Positions 61,956 through 64,000 of a stretch of 64,000 nt of DNA are shown piece by piece. Each line of letters starts with the position of its first letter. Position 1 is the first letter of the stretch. Below the pieces are notes generated by a model. The model was not told the DNA's origin. It saw nothing but the letters and a program-made list of their open reading frames with translations, and did not search any database. Position numbers and translations under genes: made by a program. Source of the stretch: Cetorhinus maximus (Eukaryota); assembly GCF_964194155.1 (NCBI RefSeq), contig NC_135885.1:131502001-131566000 (forward strand), in the 5' to 3' direction.

Positions 61956-63574
61956 GTTTTGCACTGTACTCCCTCAACAACTGTTAATGACCTCCTGCAC
62001 CTTTGATGATAGTCTTTTTTTAATTAAAAACAGTGAGGTACAGCTGAAACAGAGCTTTTAAGAAAGTCAATTAAAAATGTTAATTAACCAATACTTAAAC
62101 AGAAGAAGGCATCATGGACATTCCAGATAAAGACAAAGAACCAGGTGGATGTTAAATGCCTTTGTTACAATTTAAAAGGAAGGTTGTAAAGGCATCTTGG
62201 ATCACCCAAAAAACACCTTGCATCAGTTGAAAAGTGAGCTGGCCACCATTGTCAAAACCTTGAGAAAGGTGACATCCAAGGAACAAAGTCTCAGATTTTG
62301 GTAGCGTTATTTAGCACATATACATTATGGTTGCCACTTCATATAATTTTCAATTATATGTAATGTTAGATAGCTAGATATTGGCAAGCCGGCATTCATA
62401 GAGAGTATATAAAGCATGTTATTTTCTCTTACTACCATTTGGGTGGTGGAAGATGGTTGCCATAGGTGGGGATAGAGAAGAAGTGTTTAGCCATGATGGT
62501 CCAGCCATTGTGGTGCACAGCAGACTTGGTGGATCAGCCAATCTTTTCCCTCCCATTATTTTCATATGCTCATATATCTTCAAATAAAAAGTGCTTTCAT
62601 TTTAGTGAATATACACATCTTCAGTTCATACCTAGTAACTCCTTCATTCATATTTTCACAGATGAATCATTCAGATGCAGGAAGGTATGGCGAGTTGCCA
62701 GTAGCACTTTCCAAGAAGTAAGAGAAATAAGACTCCTTAGGGGATCAGGGCTAACACGAGGCTACTTTGGAGCCAGACAATGTGAAAAAAAATCTCCATC
62801 TAACAAAGGAGGAATAGAGCCATATGAAATGAGGGGTAGAATTAAACATGAATGCCACTGAAAAGCTGTTGGACATCAGGTAAGTAACCTGTATGCAATA
62901 TTATTGTACATTAGCTCATGTGCCCAGGAGTTGGAAACTCATCTCACTCAACCCTTTGAGAATTTACTATTCAAAATACATTATAATATCTATGCAAGTA
63001 ATTATTAGATTGGAGTACAAAATGCAGCAAGGTTAGGCACAGTTAGGTGTCACTGCTCCCTTCAAGGGCTCCTCACATCATCTTTTCCCTATTTCATATG
63101 CAAAGAAGAGTTGAATCACTTCAACAGCTTTCAGAGCACTGAGACTGGTTCCTGTGCTTCATGGTAAAGAAAGGAAAAAGACATATCCTTGGTGTTTCTC
63201 CTGCTCTGCCACTTTAACTTAGGTAACCTTTTTTACCAGCTAAAGCTACAAGGCTGGAGATCATGTAGAAGAGAAATAAAGGAAGTAGTTGAAGAAAGAA
63301 AGGGAAGGAAACTGTGTGAGATATGTACAGAGGGAGTCAGGAACCAGAAATATATAAAGGAGGTAAGAGTGAGAAAATAAGATAAAAGAGTAGGAGAGAG
63401 AAAGAAGGCAATTTTAACCCTTACTTGTTGGGTGGGAAAACCATGGGATCAGGCATAATGCTAATTTTATACTCAATGGGGGAAGTTTAACCTACCCCAC
63501 TTGTCAGGAAGCTGACAGGGTTGGGAGCAATATTAGTTTCATACCCATCCAATTTTACTCTCCATTGAAGCCAA

Positions 63575-64000
63575 GGGCCAGGACCTTTTGGTCGGTGAGC
63601 GGGGGCGGAACTCCCGACATCACCCCGCCTCCTTTCAATTTTCAGGTCAGCGGGGGCGCAGCCGAATCAGCTGTGCACCCGCCGACCTGTCAGCGGCCTA
63701 TTGAGGCCATTTAAAAAGCTATTGACATAATTAATGGACCTGCCCGTCCAACCTTAAGGCTGGCGGGCAGGCCGGGAGCCCTGGCGGGCTTCAGAAAAAG
63801 CATGAAACCTCATCCACGAGTGGGATGAGGTTTCACGAGGGTTTTTAAAAATTTAATAAATGTTTGATTTAAAGTGATGGACATGTCCCAACTCATGTGA
63901 CAGTGTCACATGAGGGGACATATCAGGGAAATGTTGTTTGTGCACCTTTGCCATTTTTAAATTTGGCGCCGATCTTCCTAAGGCAGCGCGCAAAAGAATG
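63575..64000. mobile_element. Harbinger-type MITE, family A (orientation A), runs off the right edge
   Basis: Starts GGGCCAGGA; colinear with the 15821 and 60898 copies. Confidence 0.87.

Overview
This is eukaryotic, repeat-dominated vertebrate DNA. The mix of CR1, L2, Tx1, DeuSINE-type SINEs and PIF/Harbinger MITEs suggests a cartilaginous fish (inference). I can support no host protein-coding exon or RNA gene, so the window reads as a large intron or intergenic desert. All recognisable coding sequence belongs to decayed transposons. The largest structure is a complete but disrupted Ty3/Gypsy element (42096-55550) with both LTRs, a PBS, a PPT and a CACCT target-site duplication (TSD). It hosts two near-full-length single-ORF LINEs placed head-to-head, a solo LTR, a truncated Harbinger with an intron-containing Myb/SANT gene, a young CR1, an oppositely oriented RT segment and a foreign 3' LTR. 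Two candidate systems stand out. (i) A LINE whose 5' end is a tRNA-like Pol III head, shared with a local SINE and an intermediate deletion derivative. (ii) A Harbinger/MITE family with an ordered array of internal hairpins and variable 3-bp TSDs. Novelty cannot be established without database searches. Coordinates of old elements are approximate.
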